The notes beneath the pieces were generated by a model. That model had not been told where the DNA came from. It made no database searches and saw only the letters and a list, made by a program, of their open reading frames with translations. Shown here piece by piece: positions 20,168 through 30,074 of a stretch of 64,000 bases of DNA. Position 1 is the first letter of the stretch, and the number at the start of each line of letters is the position of its first letter. The position numbers were made by a program, and so were the translations under genes. Source of the DNA: Candidatus Nezhaarchaeales archaeon (lineage in GTDB: Archaea; Thermoproteota; Methanomethylicia; Nezhaarchaeales; WYZ-LMO8); assembly GCA_038887515.1 (NCBI GenBank), contig JAWAKK010000003.1, positions 11,482 to 75,481 of the forward strand. Reading direction: 5' to 3'.

Positions 20168-20325
20168 GATTTAGTTATTAATTGTATTTTGGATATAGAT
20201 CGTAGTCTATGTTTAAATGTCCCTTAACACTTTTACGTTTTGAAATATTAAGAAAATTTAATAATTGAAAAGATCTCTCGAAGTTTGGAATACAACAACG
20301 CTTAGAAAGAAGTAAGGGTGATCAC

Positions 20326-21195
20326 TTGATATCAGGTCTTTTACCAATACTACTATTTTTAACATCATTCTCTACAGGTTTTTTAGGAGCTATATTCGGC
20401 ATCGGTGGTGGGGTTGTACTCATCCCTGTACTCTCAGTTTTCTTGGGGATGCCGATCAAAAAGGTAATAGCGGCAAGCCTTATATGTGCAGTTGCTACGA
20501 GTGTTGCTAGCACCCGAAATTACTTATCTCAAGAGCTAGTAAATTTACGCTTAGCCCTCTTCTTAGAAAGTAGTGCAATGGTTGGATCACTTCTTGGGGT
20601 CTTCTTAGCAGTTATTGCGCCTTCAAGCGTGCTATACATAGTTTTGGGGTTGGTGTTGCTGATGATAGCTATAATCCAATTCAGGGGTTATCGAGCTGAA
20701 GACGACTTAGAAGTCGGTGGTTCGATTAAGAAATCTAAAGATCCCTTAGCCGAGAAATTGAAGCTTGCACCTGAATATTACAATTCCAGTATCAGCAACC
20801 TAATAGGGTACGATGTCGTCAACAGTCGACTAGGGTTAATGGCATCTTTACTGGCTGGAATGCTGTCGAGCAGTGTTGGCTTAGGAGGTGGGGCCCTCAA
20901 GGTTCCAATAATGAATAAAATCATGAAGGTCCCAATGAAGGTCTCAATTGCTACTAGCACATTTATGGTAGGGTTAACGAGCTCTGTAGGTGTCATAGCT
21001 TACTTCTCGTCAGGATTATTAGACTTAAGTATCGTACCCATAATGGTATTAGGCATCACGCTAGGCTCGACAACGGGCACAAAAGTTATGACTAGGTTAA
21101 GAAGTTCAAAGCTCGCTTTAGCCTTCGGACTTCTACTAATTTACCTATCTTATATGGCTTTTAGCGAGGGATTTGAGCTAATATTTAACGGTTAG
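20326..21195 (+). CDS. Sulfite exporter TauE/SafE family membrane protein
   Basis: GIGGG and GLGGG repeats; multiple TM helices. Confidence 0.88.
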   Translation: MISGLLPILLFLTSFSTGFLGAIFGIGGGVVLIPVLSVFLGMPIKKVIAASLICAVATSVASTRNYLSQELVNLRLALFLESSAMVGSLLGVFLAVIAPSSVLYIVLGLVLLMIAIIQFRGYRAEDDLEVGGSIKKSKDPLAEKLKLAPEYYNSSISNLIGYDVVNSRLGLMASLLAGMLSSSVGLGGGALKVPIMNKIMKVPMKVSIATSTFMVGLTSSVGVIAYFSSGLLDLSIVPIMVLGITLGSTTGTKVMTRLRSSKLALAFGLLLIYLSYMAFSEGFELIFNG

Positions 21196-21197
21196 AC

Positions 21198-21485
21198 GTG
21201 AGAATCATGATTAATGAAAAGCTTCTAAAAAAGTTTTTAAATATAGGTATTACGATTAGCGTTGCAATCTTCGCTTTAAGCTACGTCATGAGTATATTCG
21301 AATATAAGTCGTTTAGTAGCTTTACATCACTTCTCGCCACGTTCATGCTCGTCTTCACACCTTTAGCAGTGGTTTTAGCTATAGCTGTAGAGATGGCAAG
21401 AAAGAAGGACTTCAATGGATTATTTATGTCCGTCCTAGTAATAGTCGTCATAGCTATCTCCATAGTAATGGCATACCTTAAGTAG
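21198..21485 (+). CDS. Small membrane protein (DUF1634-like TauE partner)
   Basis: Three TM helices, LVFTP motif, directly after TauE. Confidence 0.6.
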   Translation: MRIMINEKLLKKFLNIGITISVAIFALSYVMSIFEYKSFSSFTSLLATFMLVFTPLAVVLAIAVEMARKKDFNGLFMSVLVIVVIAISIVMAYLK

Positions 21486-21548
21486 CACACCCCTTAAGGG
21501 GTAAGAGACCTCCTTGTCCGTCATAGTAGGAATATACAGTTAAATTAG

Positions 21549-21633
21549 TGCGGGGGGTGGGATTTGAACCCACGAAGGCCTACGCCAGCAGGTCCTGAAC
21601 CTGCCGCCTTTGACCTAGCTCGGCCACCCCCGC
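21549..21633 (-). tRNA. tRNA-Leu(CAG)
   Basis: GCGGGGG acceptor, GCAGG-TT-CAG-GA-CCTGC, long variable arm. Confidence 0.96.
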
Positions 21634-21747
21634 TCCTTGCAGTACCAAGTTTATCGTGAGCATTATAAGCTTGCTTTAGGCATCTTTGTGGTTAAAATTT
21701 ATTATCCAAGATGTTTTTATTTCTGTCTTCTTAAAAGTTGAGGTAAG

Positions 21748-23070
21748 GTGATTAGATCAATGGAGGTTAGGTACTGGGAGCCGCACATTGAGACTGCTCC
21801 TAAGAAAGTTATTCAAAAGGTACAGTTAAAGAGACTGAAGCACATGATCGACTACGTGTATTGGAAAAGCCCCTTCTACGGTCGCAAGTTTAGAGAGGTT
21901 GGACTGCATCCTTCAGATGTAAATGATTTAGATGACATACGTAAATTCCCCTTTACAACGAAGGATGACCTTAGGAACCATGGCTATCCACATGGTGGCG
22001 ACTTTCTTTGCGTCCCTAGAGAGAAGGTAGTCTGCTGGCATATGAGCTCTGGAACTACGGGCATCCCAATTTTAGGTGGTTACACTAGGCACGACTACGA
22101 TACTTGGATGAATTTAATGGCACGTTGCTACACAGCCGCTGGGGTTGGACCCGGCGATGTCGTAATGAACCTCTACGGTTACGGCCTATTTACTGGCGGC
22201 CTGGGGTTCCACGAGAGCGCTTTTCTCGTAGGCGCTACCGTCATACCTTGGGGTACGGGTAGGACGCAAGCTCTAATTAAGAGCCTAATAGACTTTAAAG
22301 CCACGGCCATGACCGGCACTCCAAGCTACCAGTATTACATAGCTAGCTTGATTAAAGATATGGGAATAGACGTTGAAAAAGACCTCTCTCTAAGGATCAC
22401 AATCCCGGGAGCCGAAATGTGGACTGAAGAAATGAGGAAGAGAATTGAAGATTGGCTTGGACTTAAAGCTAAAGGTGGAGGCGCTCGAGACGTTTACGGT
22501 GCAACTGAGCTCTGTGGCCCAGGTGCAGGGCAGGAATGTGTCTACGAGAAGGGCTTCCACTTCTGGGTAGACCACTTCTTATTAGAGATAGTCGACCCGA
22601 AGAGCGGCGAACCTGTTGAAGCTGGCGAAGAGGGTGAAGTAGTATTTACCCACTTAGTCAAGGAGGCCACCCCTCTCGTCAGGTATAGAATGGGGGACAT
22701 AACCGTATTAGACGACGAACCTTGCGAATGCGGCAGGATAGCATTTCCTAGATGTCTTAGGGTTAGGGCTAGGGTCGATGACGTGATTCACTTTAAGGGC
22801 ATCAAGATAGTTCCATCGATGATTCAGGAAACTATATTAAAACATAAGGAAGTTATTGAGTACCAGGTGGTCATAGATAAAACTAAGTTGCCCTACGACT
22901 TCATAGTCAAGATTGAGGTATCGAAAAACCAGCAAACGCCAACCTTAATAGGAAAGCTCCTCAGCGAATTCAAGAACAACTTGTTCATAGAGCCTAAGAT
23001 AGAAATTGTAGAACCAGGAACGTTACCTAGATTCGAAGGCAAGTCTAAGAGGATCATAGTTAAGGAGTGA
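21748..23070 (+). CDS. Phenylacetate-CoA ligase family (PaaK/F390 synthetase-like) AMP-forming enzyme
   Basis: SSGTTG, GTPSY, YGATE, RYRMGD, GKSKRI. Confidence 0.88.
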   Translation: MIRSMEVRYWEPHIETAPKKVIQKVQLKRLKHMIDYVYWKSPFYGRKFREVGLHPSDVNDLDDIRKFPFTTKDDLRNHGYPHGGDFLCVPREKVVCWHMSSGTTGIPILGGYTRHDYDTWMNLMARCYTAAGVGPGDVVMNLYGYGLFTGGLGFHESAFLVGATVIPWGTGRTQALIKSLIDFKATAMTGTPSYQYYIASLIKDMGIDVEKDLSLRITIPGAEMWTEEMRKRIEDWLGLKAKGGGARDVYGATELCGPGAGQECVYEKGFHFWVDHFLLEIVDPKSGEPVEAGEEGEVVFTHLVKEATPLVRYRMGDITVLDDEPCECGRIAFPRCLRVRARVDDVIHFKGIKIVPSMIQETILKHKEVIEYQVVIDKTKLPYDFIVKIEVSKNQQTPTLIGKLLSEFKNNLFIEPKIEIVEPGTLPRFEGKSKRIIVKE

Positions 23071-23076
23071 GAAATT

Positions 23077-23271
23077 ATGTCTCAAGAGAGAACTAGTAGT
23101 TTATCTAGGATCTCGAAGCTCATAGAGGAACTCGATGCAAAGATCTTCGAAGCTCTAGAGGAGGCTCGACAAGCAGAATTAGCTCAAACCTTAAGGCTGC
23201 TCGAAACCGTCAAGAGCTACGTAGAGCTGTTAAAGAGAGGGTTAGAGGTCAAAGCCGAGGATCAAAGCTGA
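23077..23271 (+). CDS. Small helical hypothetical protein
   Basis: 64-aa ORF 6 nt after the ligase gene, RBS-like GGAGTGA. Confidence 0.6.
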   Translation: MSQERTSSLSRISKLIEELDAKIFEALEEARQAELAQTLRLLETVKSYVELLKRGLEVKAEDQS

Positions 23272-23406
23272 AGGTTACTACGTATAAAAGGCAACTATGA
23301 GGCTCTACAACTTCTCTTAATCCTTAATGCTAGCACTCTGAAGGTCCTGCACGCTACTTAAAATAGTAGTAGAAAGATCATTTTATTTTTGAAGTTTTGA
23401 TTTAGC

Positions 23407-23850
23407 CTACAGGGTTCCTACGATTACCTTGACGTCTTTAGGTTTTGAGGACCTATCGCTTAGGTACTTTGTATACTCTTTCGGTTTTAACTGTGAGACT
23501 ATGAAGTCAAATGCTGCTTCCGGGTTAGAAGACTCGCCACAAGTATAAACGTCTACTGTTGCGTAGACGTAGTTTACCCACGTATGAATTGCTATGTGGC
23601 TCTCAGTAACTAGAGCTATTACTGAGACACCGCCTTTTTCTCCACCAAACTTCCAAGACTTAATTTCATGGAGGTTGCACTTTGATATCTTTACGGCCTC
23701 TTCGACTATGCATCTCAAAAGCTCTTCGTTAGAAAGAATGTTGGGATCGCAATCGTACAGGTTGCCGTAGACGTGTTTACCGATTACCTGCTTTGCTAAA
23801 CAATCGTCTTCGACCACTTCTGATCTTAAACCTCCAAACAGTGGAGGCAT
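23407..23850 (-). CDS. speH: Pyruvoyl-dependent S-adenosylmethionine (or arginine) decarboxylase proenzyme; start uncertain
   Basis: GKHVYG, E|SHIAIHTW autocleavage site, DVYTCG. Confidence 0.85.
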   Translation of the reverse strand: MPPLFGGLRSEVVEDDCLAKQVIGKHVYGNLYDCDPNILSNEELLRCIVEEAVKISKCNLHEIKSWKFGGEKGGVSVIALVTESHIAIHTWVNYVYATVDVYTCGESSNPEAAFDFIVSQLKPKEYTKYLSDRSSKPKDVKVIVGTL

Positions 23851-24091
23851 GGATTGCGCTTAAAAAGTTTTCTAAATATTGCTTAAGCCATATCTTGCTT
23901 CTTTATATGTAGATCCCCATCTATGGAACTTATTGGCTCAGAATATGTGCGGGCCCCTGTAGCCGACACCTTACGTGAAGCAAAGGCGATAAAGCTTAAG
24001 TTTTGCTCCGACAGTTAAAAACCGTATTTTTAGTCACCATCATATATTACTACTAGTAATAATAAAATTAAAGTAAAATTACCCAGAGTTT

Positions 24092-25258
24092 TTGAGGGGG
24101 ATTATGCCTAGAGAGGCAACTAAGGCTATACATGAGGGGGAAAACGTAATAGAGAACGTTAGTACCTTTATAACTCCAATATATCAAACTGCCGTATTTC
24201 CCTACCCTCTCGATACGGTGCAGTCTTTTAGGGGGAAGCCTTTAAAGTACTCTCGAGAAGATAACCCAACTAATATAGTTTTGGAGAAGAGGTTGGCAAG
24301 TCTAGAAGAAGGTGAGGATTCTCTCGTTTTTTCGTCAGGTATGGCCGCTATATCTTCCTGTTTCTTCCATGTGCTCAGAAGCGGTTGTAAGCTCGTCTTA
24401 TCTAGAGACGTCTATGGAGCAACGATACCGCTAGCTCAAACCTTTGAGAAATTTGGTGTAAAGGTCGAGCTTAGAGGGCCCGATACACAAGATATAGCTG
24501 AGGCTATTACGGATGAAAATACGGTAACCTTTGTTGAATCCATGTCTAATCCGCTTCTTAGGGTTGTGGACTTAGACCTGCTTTCATCCATATGTAAGGA
24601 GAAGGGGGCCCTTTTAATAGTTGACAACACGTTTGCTACTCCGTTGAATCTTAAGCCTCTCCTCCACGGAGCTCATATCGTGGTACATAGCTTAACTAAA
24701 TACTTAGCAGGTCACAATGATGTTGTTGGTGGAGCGGCGATTTCGAATTCAAAGTTCATAAACGAATTATGGTATACAAGGGCTAGGCTAGGGTGCGTGC
24801 TAGACCCTCACGCCTCGTTCCTTGTGCTTAGAGGCCTCAAAACTCTTAGCATTAGATTAAAAGTGAGTCAAGAAAGTGCTAGGGCCATAGCTGAATACCT
24901 TGAAGGACATAGTAAAGTCTCTAAAGTCTATTACCCTGGCTTACCATCTCATCCAACGCATCACATAGCTAGAAAGCTACTAAAAGGCTATGGATCGGTT
25001 CTAAGCTTCGAGTTAAAGGGCAATGGGGATAATGCTCGGAAGTTTCTTAGGAACTTGAAGATAATTAAGCCTTCGCCGAGCCTAGGTGGGTGTGAAAGCC
25101 TAGCATCGCACCCAGCCTCTTCTTCGCATAAGGACATCCCTCCAGAGGAAAGAGAGAAACTGGGAATAACGGAGAACCTTGTAAGGATATCGGTTGGTCT
25201 TGAAGATGTAAATGATTTGATAGAGGACATCAATCAAGCTCTCAAACTTCTCTGCTAA
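24092..25258 (+). CDS. Cystathionine gamma-synthase/Cys-Met PLP-dependent lyase family
   Basis: YSREDNPT, SSGMAAI, DNTFATP, HSLTKYLAGH, RISVGLE. Confidence 0.9.
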   Translation: MRGIMPREATKAIHEGENVIENVSTFITPIYQTAVFPYPLDTVQSFRGKPLKYSREDNPTNIVLEKRLASLEEGEDSLVFSSGMAAISSCFFHVLRSGCKLVLSRDVYGATIPLAQTFEKFGVKVELRGPDTQDIAEAITDENTVTFVESMSNPLLRVVDLDLLSSICKEKGALLIVDNTFATPLNLKPLLHGAHIVVHSLTKYLAGHNDVVGGAAISNSKFINELWYTRARLGCVLDPHASFLVLRGLKTLSIRLKVSQESARAIAEYLEGHSKVSKVYYPGLPSHPTHHIARKLLKGYGSVLSFELKGNGDNARKFLRNLKIIKPSPSLGGCESLASHPASSSHKDIPPEEREKLGITENLVRISVGLEDVNDLIEDINQALKLLC

Positions 25259-25295
25259 CAAAAAATTATAAATAAGGATGGTCTGGCCCACCGTC

Positions 25296-25652
25296 TTAGC
25301 CTATCCATAACAGTAACGCTACAACTAGTCCATAGATAGCTACCGCCTCTATGAAGACTACGTAAATGATTGTCCTGCCAAATAACTCAGGTTTTTCGGC
25401 TACTGCACCTATAGCTGCAGCTGACGCTGTACCTAAACCTAGTCCTGCACCGAGCGCGGCAAAAGCGATCGCTATGCCTGCACCTAGTTTGCTAAGATCC
25501 ATGGTTGCCGCCTGCTCTTCAGCGCTGGCCTGAACCGGTCCATTGTTTACCGTAGCATAAGCCCCTCCTATGCTCATGGTAACCAAGGCTAAGCACAGTA
25601 TTATTGCTACTAAGCCTACCACAAAGAGCCTTTTCATAGGTTCACCCCTCAT
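25296..25652 (-). CDS. atpK: A/V-type ATP synthase proteolipid subunit K(c) with N-terminal signal-like extension
   Basis: [21 protein letters not shown] with the ion-carrying Glu. Confidence 0.92.
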   Translation of the reverse strand: MRGEPMKRLFVVGLVAIILCLALVTMSIGGAYATVNNGPVQASAEEQAATMDLSKLGAGIAIAFAALGAGLGLGTASAAAIGAVAEKPELFGRTIIYVVFIEAVAIYGLVVALLLWIG

Positions 25653-25725
25653 CCAGAGTTTTTCTTAGACATAAGAGTTTTGATATTAGCTTTATATCAA
25701 TTTCTACGCTTTAAAGAAACTTTAC

Positions 25726-25995
25726 TTAATCCGTTCGCTCTCTATTCTCTTCAAATCGAGGAGTTAAGCGCATCTTCTTCAGAACCTTAAGGAAAAGCGC
25801 TGTACCAACCCCAAAACCGGTTAAGCCGAAAAGCGTCATTAAGAAAGCCTTAACGAATATGTTGAGCGCTTTAAAAATGAAAAGTGCTATCAGTGTTGAT
25901 AGGATGGTAAATGATGGAACGATTAATCCAACAACCATTGCCTGCAACATAGCTATTGTTATAGCTCGCCTTCTCGATTCATGGTTCCTCCGCAT
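25726..25995 (-). CDS. Two-TM membrane protein in the ATPase cluster (AtpZ/AtpI-like topology)
   Basis: Two hydrophobic helices, basic termini, located between atpK and the subunit C-like gene. Confidence 0.55.
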   Translation of the reverse strand: MRRNHESRRRAITIAMLQAMVVGLIVPSFTILSTLIALFIFKALNIFVKAFLMTLFGLTGFGVGTALFLKVLKKMRLTPRFEENRERTD

Positions 25996-26056
25996 TAGGT
26001 ACCGATTTGAGCGTTATGTTGAGTAAACTTTTACACTTTTTGTTTAAATCTTTCTG

Positions 26057-27193
26057 TTGAGGGGCATGAAAAGCTATGGTAGGGACGTTAGGAAAGCGCT
26101 TATAGCATTAAGTTTCGGGTTAGAGCCTGTAATCTTCGCCATAGTCGGATGGTATGCTGCCCCTTATTTTGAACTTAGTAATGCGGTGGGGGCTCTAATA
26201 GGAGTCTTTATAGGACTTGGAATGATGTTTTGGCGTATTTGGAGGTTTACTTCAACAATAGAGTCAAAACCGACATATGATATCGAGAAGGAAGACCTAA
26301 GATTATTAGCTTCAATTGCAGAGGTCGAACGTCGTAAATTTGTGAAAAGAGAAGATCTTATGAAGGTTATGGGATCCCAAAGTCCCTTACAGCTCTTAAA
26401 CGTGTTAAAGGGTCTATCGCTAATCAACTCCGACTTCTACGACTTGAATAAGCTTAATGAGGTCCTATGTGAAATAACCGATTTTTCGAAGGTCTTTATT
26501 GAAGTCCGAAGTCGATCGCCCTTCGACTTCTTAAGAATACTAGACGACTTTAACGATTTTTTAGCATGTTTATGTGCTAGCTACGCCTTTCGTTCTGAAG
26601 TTTATGATGACGAAATTTCTAGAGGTTACATAGTTTTACCCTTCAAATTGCAGGGTTCCCAAACCTTCCTACGTGAGGAATTTAAGGAGTACCTAGCTCA
26701 TAACGAAGTTAGAGAGCTTTACCCTAAAGCTCTTGACGAAGCTCTAACTCTCAACTCAAGGGCACCGCTTCTAGCACTTGCAGCACATTCTTTAATGAAT
26801 ATGGCGAGGGACCTGAAGGCAACGGGCTATTCGAGAACGTTTTCCAAGGATCTAGAGAACCTTGCACTTAGACTCCTTCTAATAGCTACTAGAGACATAA
26901 GGGGAGTAAAGAGAACTTCTGAGGTTGTGGTAATGACGTTACGGAAATGGAGAATCGACAAAATAGAGGTTGAAGGTGTTGATGAGACCGAAGAAGGTGT
27001 TTTAAGGTCATTCATAAACGAAGCTTACAAGAACCTGGTAACCCCAGTCAGAGTTCCTCCTACTGCTAAGTCAGTCATATATTACCTCTTCGTTAAGTGG
27101 GGCGAGAAGGTGAGCTTGAAGTTAGCTATAATGGCTACTAATAGCGGTATTGAACCTCAAAGAGCTTATTCTGCGCTCCTAGTCCCACGTTAA
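26057..27193 (+). CDS. Divergent A/V-ATPase subunit C(d)-like protein with N-terminal AtpZ/AtpI-like two-TM domain
   Basis: N-terminal SFGLEPVIFAIVGWY...GVFIGLG; RKFVKREDLMKVM and YYLFVKWGEKVSLKLAIMATNSGI resemble the ends of subunit C. Confidence 0.6.
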   Translation: MRGMKSYGRDVRKALIALSFGLEPVIFAIVGWYAAPYFELSNAVGALIGVFIGLGMMFWRIWRFTSTIESKPTYDIEKEDLRLLASIAEVERRKFVKREDLMKVMGSQSPLQLLNVLKGLSLINSDFYDLNKLNEVLCEITDFSKVFIEVRSRSPFDFLRILDDFNDFLACLCASYAFRSEVYDDEISRGYIVLPFKLQGSQTFLREEFKEYLAHNEVRELYPKALDEALTLNSRAPLLALAAHSLMNMARDLKATGYSRTFSKDLENLALRLLLIATRDIRGVKRTSEVVVMTLRKWRIDKIEVEGVDETEEGVLRSFINEAYKNLVTPVRVPPTAKSVIYYLFVKWGEKVSLKLAIMATNSGIEPQRAYSALLVPR

Positions 27194-29619
27194 GGCTTAA
27201 TCATAAATGGTTGGAACGGTACTCCGTCAATCAGTAAGAACTTCATTCCATGCTCTACCCAGTGAAGCCTTAGAGCCTGTAGGAACACGAATATTATTTC
27301 GAAGAATACAAAGAATAATGTTCCAGCGACCACGCCTACAAAGGGTATTCCGGCAATTTTCTGTAACCCTCCATCGACTAACAAGAACACGTGAGAGAGG
27401 ACGGCGTGTATTATTGCGAAAGCAAAGAGTCTTGCGTAAGATATAGTGTTTGAAAGTGATGCTATGAGGGAATCAAGGCTCTCGCTAAAGCCCTCTAGCA
27501 TCCCCATGCATATCACTCTAGCAATTATCATCACTATGAATGGTAACCATAACACAATTATGCTTAAGAATATATCTCCAAATATCACCTTTATTAGTCC
27601 TCCACCATAAGTCATAAATGCGATAGCTGCACTGACATACAGCCAAAGCCATAGTCCCGGACCTACGATCGCTTCCTTATACTCCTTAAGCCTTACCTTA
27701 TTTATTACCGATATTACTAATCCTAGAACTATGTGAAATATCGCTACATGTATTGAGAACTTCAAGAGAGCCTTAGCCCCTTCAGGCTCTAATACGTGGA
27801 ACTCATGACTAGCCGAGAGCCCTAAAGCTTTCAGTACTGTTGTCCTAAAGCTGTTTAACGCCGCGTTGTCAAAAATGTTTGGAAGAGGATATCCCGGAGT
27901 GGAAGGGCTTCCAAAGAACTCTCCAAAGATTATACCGAAGAATATGGAGGCAATGGAACCTGCTATTAGTATTGGTGCCCCTTGAATTATATAGTTTGCC
28001 AGCTCTCCTGCTTTAAACCCCTTTTTCTTTAAGTAGTATAGAGGTATCGATAACGCTAGGAGGACGATTCCGTGTCCGGCGTCAGGGAACATTATCCCGA
28101 AGAGTATTGGGAACGTAAAGAACCATATAACTGTAGGATCTATTTCCTTGTAATTGAGGGTTCCCAAACCTCTTACAAGGCTTTCATATACTTTTGACCA
28201 TCGTGGGTTCTTCATGAGTGAGGGTATCTTAACTTCTCGAGGCGTCTCAGCGGCCACTTCCTTTTTTACCTTAACTTTTGTGGGGCGTCCTACTTCTCTA
28301 TAGGAGAAGTTGTTGGAAGAAGCTTCTTTAACTAATGAAACCATCTTTTCGAGGTCTTCTTTTGCTACAGCGACTTGGAGTATAGCTATATTGTCGGTTG
28401 CAACCATTCTCAACTTCTTCTCTTCGACAATCCTTGCCCCTTCAACTATCTTCTTTAATTCCACTAATTCAGCCCCTTTCTCGTCCTTAATTCTATCAAG
28501 CATGGCGCGTACATTAGCTACCTCGTCGGATAGCTGAAGCACAATACTCTTTATCGATCCTTTAACGCCGTGAATCACCACTTCAGCTAGCTGTGCTTGC
28601 GGGATAGCTATTGTAGAGATATCGCTCTCAAGCCTTGAAACTACTTCTACAGATTTTTTCATAGATTCAAGTCTTGAGTGCAGATAGAATACTTCCTTTT
28701 CAACTGAAGAAACAGTAGCATCTATTTCGTTTAGCTTTTCATCAGATAATGGCTCACTAAGCGGTCTTATATCTTCAGGTGGGTGCAAGTTTAGCGTGGA
28801 GAGCAGTACGTCAAGTCTCGATGAAAGTGAGGATAGCTTAAATAGTCTAGGCGAAGGTTCAAGCGGCTTAACATTCTCCTTGAACTCTGTATAGATATAA
28901 TCCCTGAGGTCGACTATTGAATGCTTAATCCTTGATAACGAGTATACGACGTTCTCTACATAATCTTTAGGCAGGTAGAATCTCACATTTACGATTTCAT
29001 ATTTTTCTTCCTCTAATTCTTCATGCGTAGGGACCTTTAAGTGGAACTTCGGTTCCTCGTACTTAACAACGCTATAGCCACTACTAGCCCTCTCTACTAT
29101 GCTGATGAACGGTTTAAGTAATTCCTTCGGCAACCAACCTGAGAAGACAGACACAGTTGCTGTTTCCGCGATTTTTGTTTTGATGGATTCGAGAGCCTCC
29201 AATACCTTTAATGAGACCCTCAACTTAGAAACTTTCTCCTCATGCTCTCTTCTCACTCTCTCTATCGTAGATTCATCATTAATGCTTAACATCCTTTCCA
29301 AAGCGTCAACGTACGCTTCTATGTCTGGCAAAGATAGGGAGAATATCCCCTCCTCCTCAATATCCTCAAGAGAATACCGTGAGGGGAGCTTCAGTACTGA
29401 TGCTAGCTTCTCAATTTTTAGGGTTAAAGACGAAATTCTATAGAGGCGAGACGAGACGTCGAGGGGCCTTAGTATCCCCTTAGCTACCTCCTCTCCAAAG
29501 TCCTCCTTCAAGTCTACTATGTGGAGCATACCTTCCTTGCCTATTCGGAATAGAACCTTATCGAGATAATCCTTATGGACGTAGACCTTGACTTTTACCA
29601 GCGGCGCTAGCGTGAGCAC
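27190..29619 (-). CDS. atpI: A/V-type ATP synthase subunit I(a) with duplicated N-terminal domain
   Basis: EIDPT, FGIMFPDAGHG, NTISYARL (essential Arg), RLHWVE. Confidence 0.93.
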   Translation of the reverse strand: MLTLAPLVKVKVYVHKDYLDKVLFRIGKEGMLHIVDLKEDFGEEVAKGILRPLDVSSRLYRISSLTLKIEKLASVLKLPSRYSLEDIEEEGIFSLSLPDIEAYVDALERMLSINDESTIERVRREHEEKVSKLRVSLKVLEALESIKTKIAETATVSVFSGWLPKELLKPFISIVERASSGYSVVKYEEPKFHLKVPTHEELEEEKYEIVNVRFYLPKDYVENVVYSLSRIKHSIVDLRDYIYTEFKENVKPLEPSPRLFKLSSLSSRLDVLLSTLNLHPPEDIRPLSEPLSDEKLNEIDATVSSVEKEVFYLHSRLESMKKSVEVVSRLESDISTIAIPQAQLAEVVIHGVKGSIKSIVLQLSDEVANVRAMLDRIKDEKGAELVELKKIVEGARIVEEKKLRMVATDNIAILQVAVAKEDLEKMVSLVKEASSNNFSYREVGRPTKVKVKKEVAAETPREVKIPSLMKNPRWSKVYESLVRGLGTLNYKEIDPTVIWFFTFPILFGIMFPDAGHGIVLLALSIPLYYLKKKGFKAGELANYIIQGAPILIAGSIASIFFGIIFGEFFGSPSTPGYPLPNIFDNAALNSFRTTVLKALGLSASHEFHVLEPEGAKALLKFSIHVAIFHIVLGLVISVINKVRLKEYKEAIVGPGLWLWLYVSAAIAFMTYGGGLIKVIFGDIFLSIIVLWLPFIVMIIARVICMGMLEGFSESLDSLIASLSNTISYARLFAFAIIHAVLSHVFLLVDGGLQKIAGIPFVGVVAGTLFFVFFEIIFVFLQALRLHWVEHGMKFLLIDGVPFQPFMIKP

Positions 29620-29733
29620 TAGCTTTCGCCCCTTGCATCGTTCATGCGCTATCTCCGTTAAAATAAAAGAATTTATAAAGTTTGCTAGACGTAAAGGGGA
29701 GGTAGTCCGTTCAGCTGGCCGGGGGCACTCGTC

Positions 29734-30057
29734 TTGGATGAAGTTTTAAGTCGCATACTGGAAGCAGAGAAAGAAGCTAGAAGAATTATAGAAAACGCTT
29801 ACGAAGAGGCTAAGAGGATAGAATCAGAAGCGAGAGTTAAAGCGGAGGAGCTTGCGAAGGCAACGTACAATGAGATCATAGAGAAGGCGAAAAAGGAGGC
29901 TCAAGAAGAAGTTAAGAGGATAGAGATGGAAACCTCAAGCGAGATAAAGAAAATAGAAAACACCGTGCTTGCCGAGACTAAACGTTTAGAAGCTATCGCC
30001 TCAAAGAACATGGATAAAGCCTTAGAGCTAATATTAACTGAAATACTAAGACCTTAA
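29734..30057 (+). CDS. atpH: A/V-type ATP synthase subunit H(G)
   Basis: ILEAEKEARRIIENA coiled coil, 107 aa, ATPase context. Confidence 0.8.
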   Translation: MDEVLSRILEAEKEARRIIENAYEEAKRIESEARVKAEELAKATYNEIIEKAKKEAQEEVKRIEMETSSEIKKIENTVLAETKRLEAIASKNMDKALELILTEILRP

Positions 30058-30074
30058 TATCGTGGAGGGATCCT

